Of a DNA stretch of 64,000 bases, positions 35,759 through 44,493 are shown piece by piece. Position numbers and translations under genes: made by a program. The notes beneath the pieces were generated by a model that had not been told where the DNA came from, searched no databases, and saw nothing but the letters and a program-made list of their open reading frames with translations. The number at the start of each line of letters is the position of its first letter. Position 1 is the stretch's first letter. Source of the DNA: an uncultured Candidatus Saccharibacteria bacterium (GTDB taxonomy: Bacteria; Patescibacteriota; Saccharimonadia; Saccharimonadales; Saccharimonadaceae); NCBI GenBank assembly GCA_964578645.1, contig CAZODR010000003.1, positions 13,951-77,950 of the forward strand, in the 5' to 3' direction.

Positions 35759-36145
35759 ATGGCAAACCAAGAGAAAACTTTAGCCCGTTGGCAAAAGGCG
35801 CTGATCGAGCTCAACCTCATCGGCTCCGACGACAAAGTCGAAGACTGCGTCATGGCGAACTGGTCCTCCTTTAATTTCGGCCCCATCGGCAACTGGCGCC
35901 AGGGAACTTTGATTTTTACGAAACAAAATCTAGTTTACATGACCAGTTTCGGAGTTAGTCAATTCGCAATCGACTACGCCGATATTCGTGAGGTGAAAAA
36001 ATGCTTCGCCGGCTTTTTGCCCATGGGCATGTTAGTTTCCGCTTATGATAAAAAGACCGACAAGATTAAGAAATACAAATTCTGGCTTTCCGGCCGCGGG
36101 AAATGGATTCGCAAAATTGTCGAAAAATCCGGAGTCGCGAAATAG
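35759..36145 (+). CDS. Small PH/GRAM-like domain protein (tentative)
   Basis: 128 aa. The pattern GTLIFTKQNLVYM...IDYADIREVKK resembles bacterial PH/GRAM folds. Promoter TGGTATAAT lies upstream. Confidence 0.65.
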   Translation: MANQEKTLARWQKALIELNLIGSDDKVEDCVMANWSSFNFGPIGNWRQGTLIFTKQNLVYMTSFGVSQFAIDYADIREVKKCFAGFLPMGMLVSAYDKKTDKIKKYKFWLSGRGKWIRKIVEKSGVAK

Positions 36146-36214
36146 ATCTCGCTCCCGCCGAATTCAAATCTCGTTCCGAAAAGCCCATTGCCGGCCGAAA
36201 GGAGGCCAAACATT

Positions 36215-36652
36215 ATGTCCAAAGCTGAGGACTATGACGCGGGGTATGGAGACGGGCGCAACAATGCGGCCCGAGCCTCCGGCGATCTCGATTATGAACG
36301 CGGCTATTTTCGCGGAAAACAGGAGTACGATTTTTGGAATGACAAAGATCTTTATCCGAGCCTGCGCGACCAGGACGGCGAGTTTGTGCCTCAATCCTCC
36401 AGCTCGCCCAGCCTCGAGCCCGCTACTCTCCCCAGTATAATTTTCGGTTCGATCGGACTAACCTTGCTTTGGTGGGCGTTTGCGGGGCTATTACTCCTAA
36501 TTCTCTGGATTTCCGGCTCCAGCGACAGCTTTTTCTTCCGCGCAGTGTTCCATTTCGCTCTCTGGAGCGGAATTGGCTTCGTCGTTCTCATGACTATCGG
36601 CGGGGTCGTCGAGGTCATTCTCCGCCAGATTAAGAAAAATCGCGATCATTAG
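36215..36652 (+). CDS. Hypothetical membrane protein (charged N-terminus, 3 C-terminal TM helices)
   Basis: Start moved to MSKAEDYD behind AAAGGAGG. Confidence 0.7.
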   Translation: MSKAEDYDAGYGDGRNNAARASGDLDYERGYFRGKQEYDFWNDKDLYPSLRDQDGEFVPQSSSSPSLEPATLPSIIFGSIGLTLLWWAFAGLLLLILWISGSSDSFFFRAVFHFALWSGIGFVVLMTIGGVVEVILRQIKKNRDH

Positions 36653-36688
36653 CCCAGCGTCTAGCATTTTCTCCATGCTACATATACT

Positions 36689-36880
36689 CTAATTAGCCAG
36701 GCAGCGGAGAGGAAAGGCGTGCCAACGACTGTCGCCGTACGACGGGTAGACGTTACTACCATTGAAGACGAGGCGGTAGGCGCCGATGCCATTAGAATTT
36801 GGCCAAGAAGACCATTCACCCCCATCGCTGCCAGAGATCTCCAGCTTACCGCTATAGATATAAACGAGGCCGCTGCGCAC
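36689..36880 (-). CDS. FISUMP-like C-terminal cassette E (tandem behind F)
   Basis: VRSGLVYIYSGKLEISGSDGGEWSS...GAYRLVFNGSNVYPSYGDSRWHAFPLRCLAN with conserved boundary blocks. Confidence 0.4.
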   Translation of the reverse strand: MRSGLVYIYSGKLEISGSDGGEWSSWPNSNGIGAYRLVFNGSNVYPSYGDSRWHAFPLRCLAN

Positions 36881-36892
36881 GACAAACAATTT

Positions 36893-37053
36893 GGAAAAGT
36901 TAAAGATACTTGTGTTTTGTGTCTAGATTACTTTTGCGAAAGGATCCGGAGCTACGGCGAGGACGAGCGCCGCGACCCCGTAACGACGGGCGTCGCGGAC
37001 GCGCCTTGAGAAAAAGTAATCTAGGCAAAGAAAGAACAAGCTTTAACTTATCC
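36893..37053. repeat. F-E inter-cassette spacer hairpin carrying a GC-rich insertion flanked by 13-nt inverted repeats
   Basis: Outer arms are GGAAAAGTTAAAG / CTTTAACTTATCC. Inner arms CTAGATTACTTTT (36923..36935) / AAAAGTAATCTAG (37012..37024) enclose a ~76-nt GC-rich self-complementary core. Confidence 0.7.
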
Positions 37054-37067
37054 ATGCTACATATACT

Positions 37068-37259
37068 CTAATTAGCTAGGCAGCGGAGAGGAAAGACATC
37101 CCGACGAGCATTGAGGTTTGAAGAATTTATATAATCACCGTTGAAATACAAACTATAAGCGCTAATACCGTCCAAATGCGATTTAGACGACCAACTATGG
37201 TTATCCGTACCAGAGAGCCACAACTTGCCCATAGTAATATTAATTATGCCGCTGCGCAC
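37068..37259 (-). CDS. FISUMP-like C-terminal cassette F
   Basis: VRSGIINITMGKLWLSGTDNHSWSS...SAYSLYFNGDYINSSNLNARRDVFPLRCLAN. The 3' block has one substitution (CTAGCT). Confidence 0.4.
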   Translation of the reverse strand: MRSGIINITMGKLWLSGTDNHSWSSKSHLDGISAYSLYFNGDYINSSNLNARRDVFPLRCLAN

Positions 37260-37272
37260 TAGAATCCCTAAT

Positions 37273-37295
37273 AATGTTGTAAAAATTACGACATT
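37273..37295. repeat. Imperfect copy of the AATGTTGTAAA..TTTACAACATT palindrome
   Basis: AATGTTGTAAAAATTACGACATT, in the same position relative to cassette F and the G promoter as 24840..24862 has relative to cassette A. Confidence 0.8.
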
Positions 37296-37362
37296 TAGAG
37301 CTAAAAAATCGGTAAATTTCTCCTATAATTTGGTAAATTTGTCAAAAGTCTCCCAAAGCCTA

Positions 37363-37426
37363 TTGACAAAAAGCATAAGCTGTGCTACAATGAGGGTATA
37401 AGCCTCATCGAGGCTCAATCTGTAGT
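37363..37426 (+). promoter_or_regulatory. Cassette promoter plus 5' hairpin leader (drives cassette G)
   Basis: TTGACA-17-TACAAT with TGTG, then GTATAAGCCTCATCGAGGCTCAATCTGTAGT before the GTG. Confidence 0.7.
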
Positions 37427-37618
37427 GTGCGCAGCGGCTATAATGATATCAATCGGGGCAAACTGATGAGCTCTGGTATGGACGGGCACGGACGGTCATC
37501 TTGGGCAGATTCTAATGACGCCTATGCTTACTACCTTGCCTTCATTAATAGCGGCGTCTACCCGTCATATAACAGCGATCGTTTTTTCGGCTTCACTCTC
37601 CGCTGCCTGGCTAATTAG
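37427..37618 (+). CDS. FISUMP-like C-terminal cassette G (plus strand)
   Basis: VRSGYNDINRGKLMSSGMDGHGRSS...AYAYYLAFINSGVYPSYNSDRFFGFTLRCLAN with conserved boundary blocks. Confidence 0.45.
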   Translation: MRSGYNDINRGKLMSSGMDGHGRSSWADSNDAYAYYLAFINSGVYPSYNSDRFFGFTLRCLAN

Positions 37619-37694
37619 AGTATACATAGCAAGAGCAAACGTCGCAGCTTATAATTTACAACAAAAAAGAGCCACAAACGGCTCAATTCGCCTC

Positions 37695-37769
37695 TGGTGA
37701 CCTCTGCGGGAATCGAACCCGCGTTGCCGGGATGAAAACCCGGTGTACTAACCGTTATACTAAGAGGCC
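37695..37769 (-). tRNA. tRNA-Glu (anticodon TTC)
   Basis: Hand-folded: acceptor GGCCTCT/AGAGGTC, anticodon arm CCGGG-TTTTCAT-CCCGG, T-arm GCGGG-TTCGATT-CCCGC, CCA. Promoter TTGACG-17-TAAAAT upstream and terminator GAGCCGTTTGTGGCTCTTTTTT downstream. Confidence 0.9.
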
Positions 37770-37888
37770 ACATACACATTTTAGCAGAAGTCTCGCGCTG
37801 CGTCAACTCGAAAATTGCGAATTATAACGGAGTTGACGCAGCGCTGAGCCCTTCGCTTACGCTCCGGGCTCTAATGCCACCCAACCGA

Positions 37889-38635
37889 CTAGCGCCCCAT
37901 CATGCGTGCGGCTTTATCTGCCAAATCGGTCGGAAGCAAAATCACCGTTTTCTGCGACGGATCTGTGCTAATTTTCTCCAAAGTCTGCAAAGTGCGAATG
38001 TTTAACCCGCCTGGCGTTTCCGCGAGCATTTTTGCTGCTTCTGCAACCGCGGTTGCGGCGCTTTTCTCGCCTTCCGCCGAAATGATCGCCGCTCGACGTT
38101 CGCGTTCCGCTTCTGCTTGTTTCGCCATCGCCCGCTTCATGTCCGCCGGCAATTCAATATTTTGCAACTTCACATTCTCGATGTCAATCCCCCATTTATC
38201 AGCCTGCGCATCGACAATCTCGCGAATCTGCGACGAAATTCGGTCGCGCTCCGACAGCAGCTCATCAAGATCGAAGTTCCCAGTCACATCCCTTAGCGCC
38301 GTCTGCGCAAAAGTGCTCGTCGCATAAGCATAATTCGTCGTCTCGAGCACCGCCTTCTGGGCATCAATCACCCGCGCATAGACCACAGCGTCCACGTTCA
38401 CGGTCACATTATCCTTCGTAATCACTTCCTGTTTCGGAATATCCATCGGCGTCGTTCGGACGTCAACTTTTGTCATTTTGTCAAGATAGGGAATAATCAC
38501 TCGAAAGCCCGGAGCCAAAGTCCGTGAGTATTTCCCCAGCCTGAGGACAACCCCACGCTCGTATTGGTTAATGATTCGCACCCCTGGAATAATAATCGCT
38601 AGCAGGACCAGCACGAAGAAAATAATAATTGGCAT
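37889..38635 (-). CDS. SPFH/band-7 (stomatin-like) membrane protein
   Basis: N-terminal TM, INQYERGVVLRLGKY and an alanine/glutamate-rich coiled segment typical of SPFH proteins. Confidence 0.88.
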   Translation of the reverse strand: MPIIIFFVLVLLAIIIPGVRIINQYERGVVLRLGKYSRTLAPGFRVIIPYLDKMTKVDVRTTPMDIPKQEVITKDNVTVNVDAVVYARVIDAQKAVLETTNYAYATSTFAQTALRDVTGNFDLDELLSERDRISSQIREIVDAQADKWGIDIENVKLQNIELPADMKRAMAKQAEAERERRAAIISAEGEKSAATAVAEAAKMLAETPGGLNIRTLQTLEKISTDPSQKTVILLPTDLADKAARMMGR

Positions 38636-38732
38636 AATTCACTCCCATTAATTTTCTATAATTATACCATGACTCACGGAATAATAAAATAGCCGCATTC
38701 TGCGACTCCAATTTACCGAAATTCTAATCGGT

Positions 38733-39173
38733 CTACTTTGTCGCTACCCCTGGCGCACAGTGATAATCAAACTTAATTTCGTAATCTTTCGGACCATAAG
38801 GCTCGATCGGAAAATAACGCACGCTGGTATTATTCGTATCGCAACCAAACTGCTGAAAAGTCGGCGCCAGCTCAATAAACTGGTCATTATTAAAATGCAA
38901 CAACTGCCGCAGATAGGTCGTCGCGACTCCGCCGTCACTATATTGTGCGAGCATTGACGACGGTTCGGATTTTAGATCTCCTAATAGCCGCGGATAAAGA
39001 TAAGTTATATAATATTCATTCGCTAACTTCTCAAGCTTGCGTTGCATCTGCTCCTCTGGCGTCCCAATCGTCCGCACCAAAAATGCGCACAGAATCATCA
39101 CGACACAGGTCCCCACCGTCCCTAGAAGCACATAATCTTCCCAATTCGCAATGCGCGGCAACTTTTTCCTCAT
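38733..39173 (-). CDS. Hypothetical N-terminally TM-anchored protein
   Basis: 146 aa with one TM helix. TGTGTTAAAAT lies 6 nt before the ATG. Confidence 0.65.
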   Translation of the reverse strand: MRKKLPRIANWEDYVLLGTVGTCVVMILCAFLVRTIGTPEEQMQRKLEKLANEYYITYLYPRLLGDLKSEPSSMLAQYSDGGVATTYLRQLLHFNNDQFIELAPTFQQFGCDTNNTSVRYFPIEPYGPKDYEIKFDYHCAPGVATK

Positions 39174-39260
39174 ATGCTTATTTTAACACACAACCGCCCG
39201 GCGTGACAATTTTTCATTCTCCACCTTCCCGAGCTCGAGAATTTATGGTATTATCAAGAA

Positions 39261-40694
39261 ATGAGTGAAATTTTTAAACGAACTAAGACTTTGGCCACAA
39301 TTGGCCCCGCTACTGGTAGCGAAGAAATGATTGACAAACTAATCGCCGCTGGCCTTGACAACTGCCGTCTGAACTTTTCTCATGGTACTTATGAGAAAAT
39401 GGATGAGTTTATCGGCTGGATTCGCAAAGCTGCGGAGAAACATGGTCGCCATGTTGGCATTGTCCAGGACTTGCAAGGTCCGAAAATTCGCCTCGGCGAG
39501 ATTAAAGACAACTATCTCGAGATTAACGAAGGTGATGATATTATTCTTGACTACGCCGTGAAGGAGCATGATGGCGGCTTGACTTTGCCCGTACAATACA
39601 ATCTCGCCGAAAAAGTCAAAGTTGGCGATCCAGTCTATATTTTCGACGGCAAGATTCGCACCCATGTCCAGGAAATTGTTTCCGACACCGCTATTCGCTT
39701 GACCGCTGAGAATAAGGGTTTCGTCAACAGTTTTAAGGGTTTGAACCTGCCCGATACCGACTTCGGCGGCGATATTTTCCCAGAGAAAGACATCCGCGAC
39801 TTGGATTGGGGCGTGACCCGAGATTTTGACTATGTCGCGATTTCCTTTATTCAGAAAGCCGAAGATATTAAAACCTTCCGCAAAATGCTCGAAGAGCGCG
39901 GTTCGGATGCAAAAATTATTGCCAAGATCGAGACTAAAAATGCCGTCATGGATGATGCGCATCTCGAAGAAATTGTCAAAGCCACCGATGTTATTATGGT
40001 GGCGCGCGGCGACATGGGGTATGAAGTTGGTGCAGAAATCGTCCCCGTCGTCCAGCGTAAGCTTATTCGGATGTGCCGCGAACATGCCAAGATGTGTATT
40101 GTTGCGACCCAGACTATGGGGACGATGGTTGACAACCCCATGCCGACGCGCGCCGAAGTTAGCGATGTCGCAAACGCCGTGGTCCAGGGCGCAGACGCGA
40201 TTATGACTTCCGAAGAGACCGCGATGGGGAAGTATCCTGTCGAAACTATCCAAGAAATTGGTCGTATTATTTCTTATGTCCAGGAACATGTCGAAATGAC
40301 CGACAATGCTCCCCGCGATCCCGAGAGCGACAATAAAGATTATGATGCTATCGCTGAAGCCGCTGCTGGCATTGCCGAGCGTATTGAAGCTGATGCGATC
40401 ATTTGTCAGACAACGACGGGTCGTACGGCTCGCGCCATGGCCGCCCAGCGCCCAACTTTGCCGATCTATGCCGTGACCCCGAGCAACCGCGTCGCGAACC
40501 AACTCTGCCTGACCTATGCCAACAAGGCTTTTGTCCGCGAGAGCCAGCCTGAATTTGGCCTTGCACTGGCTGAGGAGCTGCGCGAAAAAGGCGTCCTTTC
40601 CCCGCGCGAAGGACGCGACTATGTCGAAGTCGTTATCGTCTCTGGCGATAACGTTGACGGTGGCACAGACACCGTCAAGATCCGCCGCATTTAG
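39261..40694 (+). CDS. pyk: Pyruvate kinase
   Basis: TKTLATIGPA, NFSHG, MVARGDMG and the C-terminal regulatory domain. Confidence 0.93.
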   Translation: MSEIFKRTKTLATIGPATGSEEMIDKLIAAGLDNCRLNFSHGTYEKMDEFIGWIRKAAEKHGRHVGIVQDLQGPKIRLGEIKDNYLEINEGDDIILDYAVKEHDGGLTLPVQYNLAEKVKVGDPVYIFDGKIRTHVQEIVSDTAIRLTAENKGFVNSFKGLNLPDTDFGGDIFPEKDIRDLDWGVTRDFDYVAISFIQKAEDIKTFRKMLEERGSDAKIIAKIETKNAVMDDAHLEEIVKATDVIMVARGDMGYEVGAEIVPVVQRKLIRMCREHAKMCIVATQTMGTMVDNPMPTRAEVSDVANAVVQGADAIMTSEETAMGKYPVETIQEIGRIISYVQEHVEMTDNAPRDPESDNKDYDAIAEAAAGIAERIEADAIICQTTTGRTARAMAAQRPTLPIYAVTPSNRVANQLCLTYANKAFVRESQPEFGLALAEELREKGVLSPREGRDYVEVVIVSGDNVDGGTDTVKIRRI

Positions 40695-40729
40695 TTGATA
40701 CAATTGAAACCAATTAAAATAGGAGGTTA

Positions 40730-41821
40730 ATGTTTCAGTATAAAACTATTCGTGATGTTGACGTCGAAGATAAGGTCATCCTCGTACGCGCGGACTATAA
40801 TGTACCGCTCGAGAATGACTCCGAGACTGGTCGACCGTATATCACTAGCGATTTGCGAATTCGCGCCAGTCTTCCGACCTTGAAGTATCTTTTGGAACAT
40901 AAAGCAGCGAAAATCATTCTCATCTCGCATCTCGGTCGCCCAAAAGGGAAGAAAGACAAGTCTCTATCGCTTTCTCCGGTGGCCGAGCGGCTCGCCGAGC
41001 TGCTTCCCGGGGTGCCGGTGAATTTCGTCGATGATGTTTCTGGCCCCGAAGTCGAGATGGCGGTTGACGAGCTTAGCGAGGGCGGAATCTTGTTGCTCGA
41101 AAATTTGCGCTTCTCTCCAGACGAAGAGGAAAATTCCGAGGATTATGCTCGCGAAATCGTCGATTCGACCCACGCCGAATTGTTTGTCCAAGATGGCTTT
41201 GCGGTTGTGCATCGCGCTCATGCCTCGACATCGGCCATCGCAAAACTTATTCCTGCCGTCGCTGGCTTGCTGCTTGAGAAAGAAATCAACGCCTTGGGAA
41301 AGGTCATTACCGATCCGGAGCGTCCTTTCGTGGTCGTTATCGGCGGCGCCAAGGTTAGTGACAAGCAACCCCTGATCGAAAAATTCCTCCCTCTCGCTGA
41401 TCGGCTGCTTGTCGGCGGAAAAATTGCTGCTGATGGTTATACATCGTCCGATCCGAAGGTCTATGTCGCTGAGGACTTTGATGAGAACGAGGCCGGCGAA
41501 AAGCTCGATATTGGCCCAGTGGCGACCGCCGCGTTTATCGCGGCCATCCAGCCGGCAAAGACCGTGCTCTGGGGCGGATGTCTAGGGAAAGTCGAGGATC
41601 CGACTTATGCTACCGCTTCGACAATTCTTGCCAAAACTCTCGGCGAAAACCCTGCGATTACTTCGGTGGTTTGCGGCGGCGATACTGCGGGCTTTGTCGA
41701 GAATCTCTGCGAAGCTAATCCCGAGCTACATTTCAGCCTAATTTCGACCGGCGGCGGCGCGGCTCTCGCCTTTCTGACTGGCGAGGAGCTGCCAGGAGTA
41801 GACGCCCTCGAATCTCTGTAG
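40730..41821 (+). CDS. pgk: Phosphoglycerate kinase
   Basis: VRADYNVPL, SHLGRPKG, GGAKVSDK and STGGGA. SD AGGAGG. Confidence 0.93.
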   Translation: MFQYKTIRDVDVEDKVILVRADYNVPLENDSETGRPYITSDLRIRASLPTLKYLLEHKAAKIILISHLGRPKGKKDKSLSLSPVAERLAELLPGVPVNFVDDVSGPEVEMAVDELSEGGILLLENLRFSPDEEENSEDYAREIVDSTHAELFVQDGFAVVHRAHASTSAIAKLIPAVAGLLLEKEINALGKVITDPERPFVVVIGGAKVSDKQPLIEKFLPLADRLLVGGKIAADGYTSSDPKVYVAEDFDENEAGEKLDIGPVATAAFIAAIQPAKTVLWGGCLGKVEDPTYATASTILAKTLGENPAITSVVCGGDTAGFVENLCEANPELHFSLISTGGGAALAFLTGEELPGVDALESL

Positions 41822-41874
41822 TATAATATATAGTATATTAAGCTAGAGAAATTGCAGAAAAAGGAGTTTATAAT

Positions 41875-42522
41875 ATGTCGAATCAGTTAACTTTGGAAAA
41901 ACGCACTGTTCAAGGGAAACAAATCAAGGCTTTGCGTAAGTCTGGAAAAATTCCGTCCGTAGTTTATGGTGAAGCTGAGCCAATTTTGGCAGCATCCGCC
42001 TACAACGAGACCGAAAAAGCCCTGCTTGAGGTCGGTTATCACTCGCCGCTTACTCTCGACATTGGCGGCGCTAAACAACTCGCAATCGTCAAAGATGTCG
42101 CCATCGATCCTGTGAGCCGTCGGATTCTTAATATTGAGTTCCAGGCAATCAACGCTAATGAAATTGTCGAAGCGACGACCCCGATTCGGATTACTGGCTT
42201 TGATCAATCAGAAGCCGCAAAATTACATTTTGTCATTATGCAGGTCATGGAAGAAATCGATGTCAAGGCAAAACCATCTGACTTGCCAGAAGAGCTAGAG
42301 ATTGACGGTAGTAAGTTGGCTAGCACTGAGGACAAGCTGACCGTAGCGCAGCTGGTTTTGCCAGCCGGCGTCGCGCTTGCCGACAAAGAGTTGCAGCCTA
42401 GCACGGTAATAGCGAACGTTTATGATCCAGCGGCTGAGGCGGCTGCGCGCGACGCCGAAACCGAAGGGGACGGCGCGGGGAGCGAAGAGACTGGAGCTGA
42501 GGCGGAAGATTCTAATAAATAG
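41875..42522 (+). CDS. rplY: Ribosomal protein L25 (Ctc form)
   Basis: RKSGKIPSVVYG motif, a two-domain Ctc-type length and an acidic tail. Confidence 0.85.
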   Translation: MSNQLTLEKRTVQGKQIKALRKSGKIPSVVYGEAEPILAASAYNETEKALLEVGYHSPLTLDIGGAKQLAIVKDVAIDPVSRRILNIEFQAINANEIVEATTPIRITGFDQSEAAKLHFVIMQVMEEIDVKAKPSDLPEELEIDGSKLASTEDKLTVAQLVLPAGVALADKELQPSTVIANVYDPAAEAAARDAETEGDGAGSEETGAEAEDSNK

Positions 42523-42589
42523 CCGCGGGCTAACAAAAACAGGGCGATTAGGCCCTGTTTTATTTAGGCTGTTTTTGTTAGCCCGCGGC
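42522..42589. terminator. Bidirectional terminator: 21-nt perfect inverted arms with a nested inner hairpin
   Basis: GCCGCGGGCTAACAAAAACAG ... CTGTTTTTGTTAGCCCGCGGC enclosing CAGGGC-GATTA-GGCCCTGTTTT, between convergent rplY and the aldolase fusion. Confidence 0.8.
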
Positions 42590-42591
42590 GT

Positions 42592-44493
42592 CTACCCGAG
42601 GTCGACTACGTCGACGCGCCCGCTCCCCGCGCCGTCCCGCGCCTCAATCTTCGCATAGTGCAACGCATCAACATCTGCCTCAAGATACCGCGCTAAAGCC
42701 GCCTGCGCCGCCTTAGCATTTTTCGCTTCGCCTTTCCAAGTCGCGAGCACCGGCTCCTCGAGCGCGCGCGAAAATGCGAAACTCACGGGCCAAGGGAACG
42801 GCGAACTCTGCATTACGCGCGTGAGATTTTTTATTGCTTCTTTCGGCGTCTGCCCGCCGCTGAGGAGCAAAATCCCCGCAACGTACCGCGGCACCGCATA
42901 TCGCAAAATCGCCGCCGTCGCCGTCCCAATTTCGTCCGCCGTCGCCTGCGTCTCCGCCCTGTCCCCCGAAATCACCATCCCGCATTTCAAAACGCACCCC
43001 TGCAAATCGACATGCCGCTGCTCCAGCTTCTCGAACACGGTTTCGAGGACCTTCGCCGTCGCTTCCGCGCTGGCTGTAATATCATGCTCTCCATCGCGCA
43101 CGATGTCCGGCTCAATCACTGGCACAATCCCCACCAGCTGGCAAGTTTTAGCAAATTCCGCCAGTTCCTCCGCATTCTGCTCGACCGCGAAAAAGCTCGG
43201 CTGGTCTTTGCCAATTTTCAGCATCGCCCGCCACTTCGCAAACCGAAATCCTTGTTCATAATAATCTCGCAGCCGCTCTGTCAATCCCTCTATCCCCGTC
43301 GTATGCATTTCGCTCTCGTTTTTCTCCATCGGCGCCAGCCCGCGATCCACCTTAATTCCCGGAATAATCCCGCGATCGGTCAAAAACTCCAGCGCCGTCT
43401 GACCATTTCCGAGCTTGAAATGCGCATTTTCCTCCGACAAAATCACCCCGCTCGCATAATTCCGCAGCTCCGGCGTCGTGAACATCACCTGATAAAACTC
43501 CCGCCGATTGCGCGTCGTGACCGGAATATTAAACTGTCCAAACCGCCGAATTAGCGTTTTTTTCGACTCATCCGCCGCCAGAACTCCTTTATTGGGCGCC
43601 ACCAGCGTGCGACAAATCAGCCGTAAATTCTTACGCTTCGCCTGCTCCTCTTGCGCGAGCTTCTGCAATTTCTCCGCCCCGAGAGCGCCGTCCAGTGTCG
43701 CCTGCTCTGCATTAATTCGCGCCCAAAGCAGCGCATCCGCCGGCGTCCCTCCCGCCGCCACAATCCCGAGCACCGTCGCCACGATTGTTGCATAAACCGT
43801 CAAATGTGTCATCATATCGACGCGGCTCAGGTCCCAAACCTCCTCCGCCTCGCCCAGCGAGATTTTTCGCGGGCTAATATGACAAACCAGCTGCGTATTG
43901 GGCTGGTCGACTTCGATTTTATCGACAATTTTCTCCTCCTTATGCACCGCCGGCTCATCCTCGAGAAATAGCAAATCCGCCATCTCCGCCAGCCTCTGCC
44001 CGTCCGGAGTCTGATTTTTCTCCGCATGTACCGCGAGCTTCGTCTTCGTCGAAAACTTCAAAAAATTCTTCAGCTCATCGACCAATTTCGCCGTCACAAT
44101 CGTCGAGCGATCGACCAAAATCCAATCCGGCGTCCCCGCGGGCATCGTCCAGTCCGTCGCCCGCCGCTCCCGCGGGACGAAATACGTGATCCCGCCCTTA
44201 TACGAGAAAACATATCGATAATTCGCCGGCTCATCCGACCAACTCAGCTCCCCCGCCTTCATCTCCGTCTTCGAATTCAAGATACTCGCGTCGACCCCGA
44301 GCCGATTCAGCGTCATCAGCGAAACCGCCGCCCCGCCATAAACGCTCGTCCTCCGGAAAAACTCATGCGCCTCGCCGTTAAACGCCAACTCCAGCCAATT
44401 TATCCCCCGATCGTCCGCCTCAAACCCGTTATGCTCATCCAGTTTCAGATAAACGTCTTTCAGCACATTCCCAATAATCAAAATCTTGCTCAT
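42592..44493 (-). CDS. Fusion protein: N-terminal PfkB/ribokinase-like domain plus C-terminal class I fructose-bisphosphate aldolase
   Basis: The C-terminal ~340 aa carry GVLAADES, IPGIKVDRG and VLKCGMV (Schiff-base Lys region). The N-terminal ~290 aa have a ribokinase-like start (ILIIGNVLKDVY.., GGAAVSLMTLNRLG) but no clear GAGD motif. Confidence 0.85.
   Translation of the reverse strand: MSKILIIGNVLKDVYLKLDEHNGFEADDRGINWLELAFNGEAHEFFRRTSVYGGAAVSLMTLNRLGVDASILNSKTEMKAGELSWSDEPANYRYVFSYKGGITYFVPRERRATDWTMPAGTPDWILVDRSTIVTAKLVDELKNFLKFSTKTKLAVHAEKNQTPDGQRLAEMADLLFLEDEPAVHKEEKIVDKIEVDQPNTQLVCHISPRKISLGEAEEVWDLSRVDMMTHLTVYATIVATVLGIVAAGGTPADALLWARINAEQATLDGALGAEKLQKLAQEEQAKRKNLRLICRTLVAPNKGVLAADESKKTLIRRFGQFNIPVTTRNRREFYQVMFTTPELRNYASGVILSEENAHFKLGNGQTALEFLTDRGIIPGIKVDRGLAPMEKNESEMHTTGIEGLTERLRDYYEQGFRFAKWRAMLKIGKDQPSFFAVEQNAEELAEFAKTCQLVGIVPVIEPDIVRDGEHDITASAEATAKVLETVFEKLEQRHVDLQGCVLKCGMVISGDRAETQATADEIGTATAAILRYAVPRYVAGILLLSGGQTPKEAIKNLTRVMQSSPFPWPVSFAFSRALEEPVLATWKGEAKNAKAAQAALARYLEADVDALHYAKIEARDGAGSGRVDVVDLG

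Noticed and set aside
24635-37618. The cassettes might be a diversity-generating retroelement system (variable and template repeats in a C-type-lectin-like fold).
   Set aside because: No reverse transcriptase or accessory gene is in the window. Copies differ at all four bases and by indels rather than only at adenine-templated positions. The single A/D difference is not diagnostic. A DGR acting from outside the window cannot be fully excluded, but the pattern does not fit.
37615-37806. A 63-aa minus-strand ORF.
   Set aside because: It overlaps tRNA-Glu and its promoter and terminator.
39339-40703. A 454-aa minus-strand ORF lies antisense to pyruvate kinase.
   Set aside because: It lies entirely antisense to a motif-rich pyk gene, has no recognisable motifs or start signals and has a skewed composition. 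It is a typical shadow ORF. The same reasoning applies to 4643..5602, 8496..9236, 14595..15230, 19327..20160, 23495..24223, 29394..30122, 53923..54615, 55736..56251 and 57065..57751.
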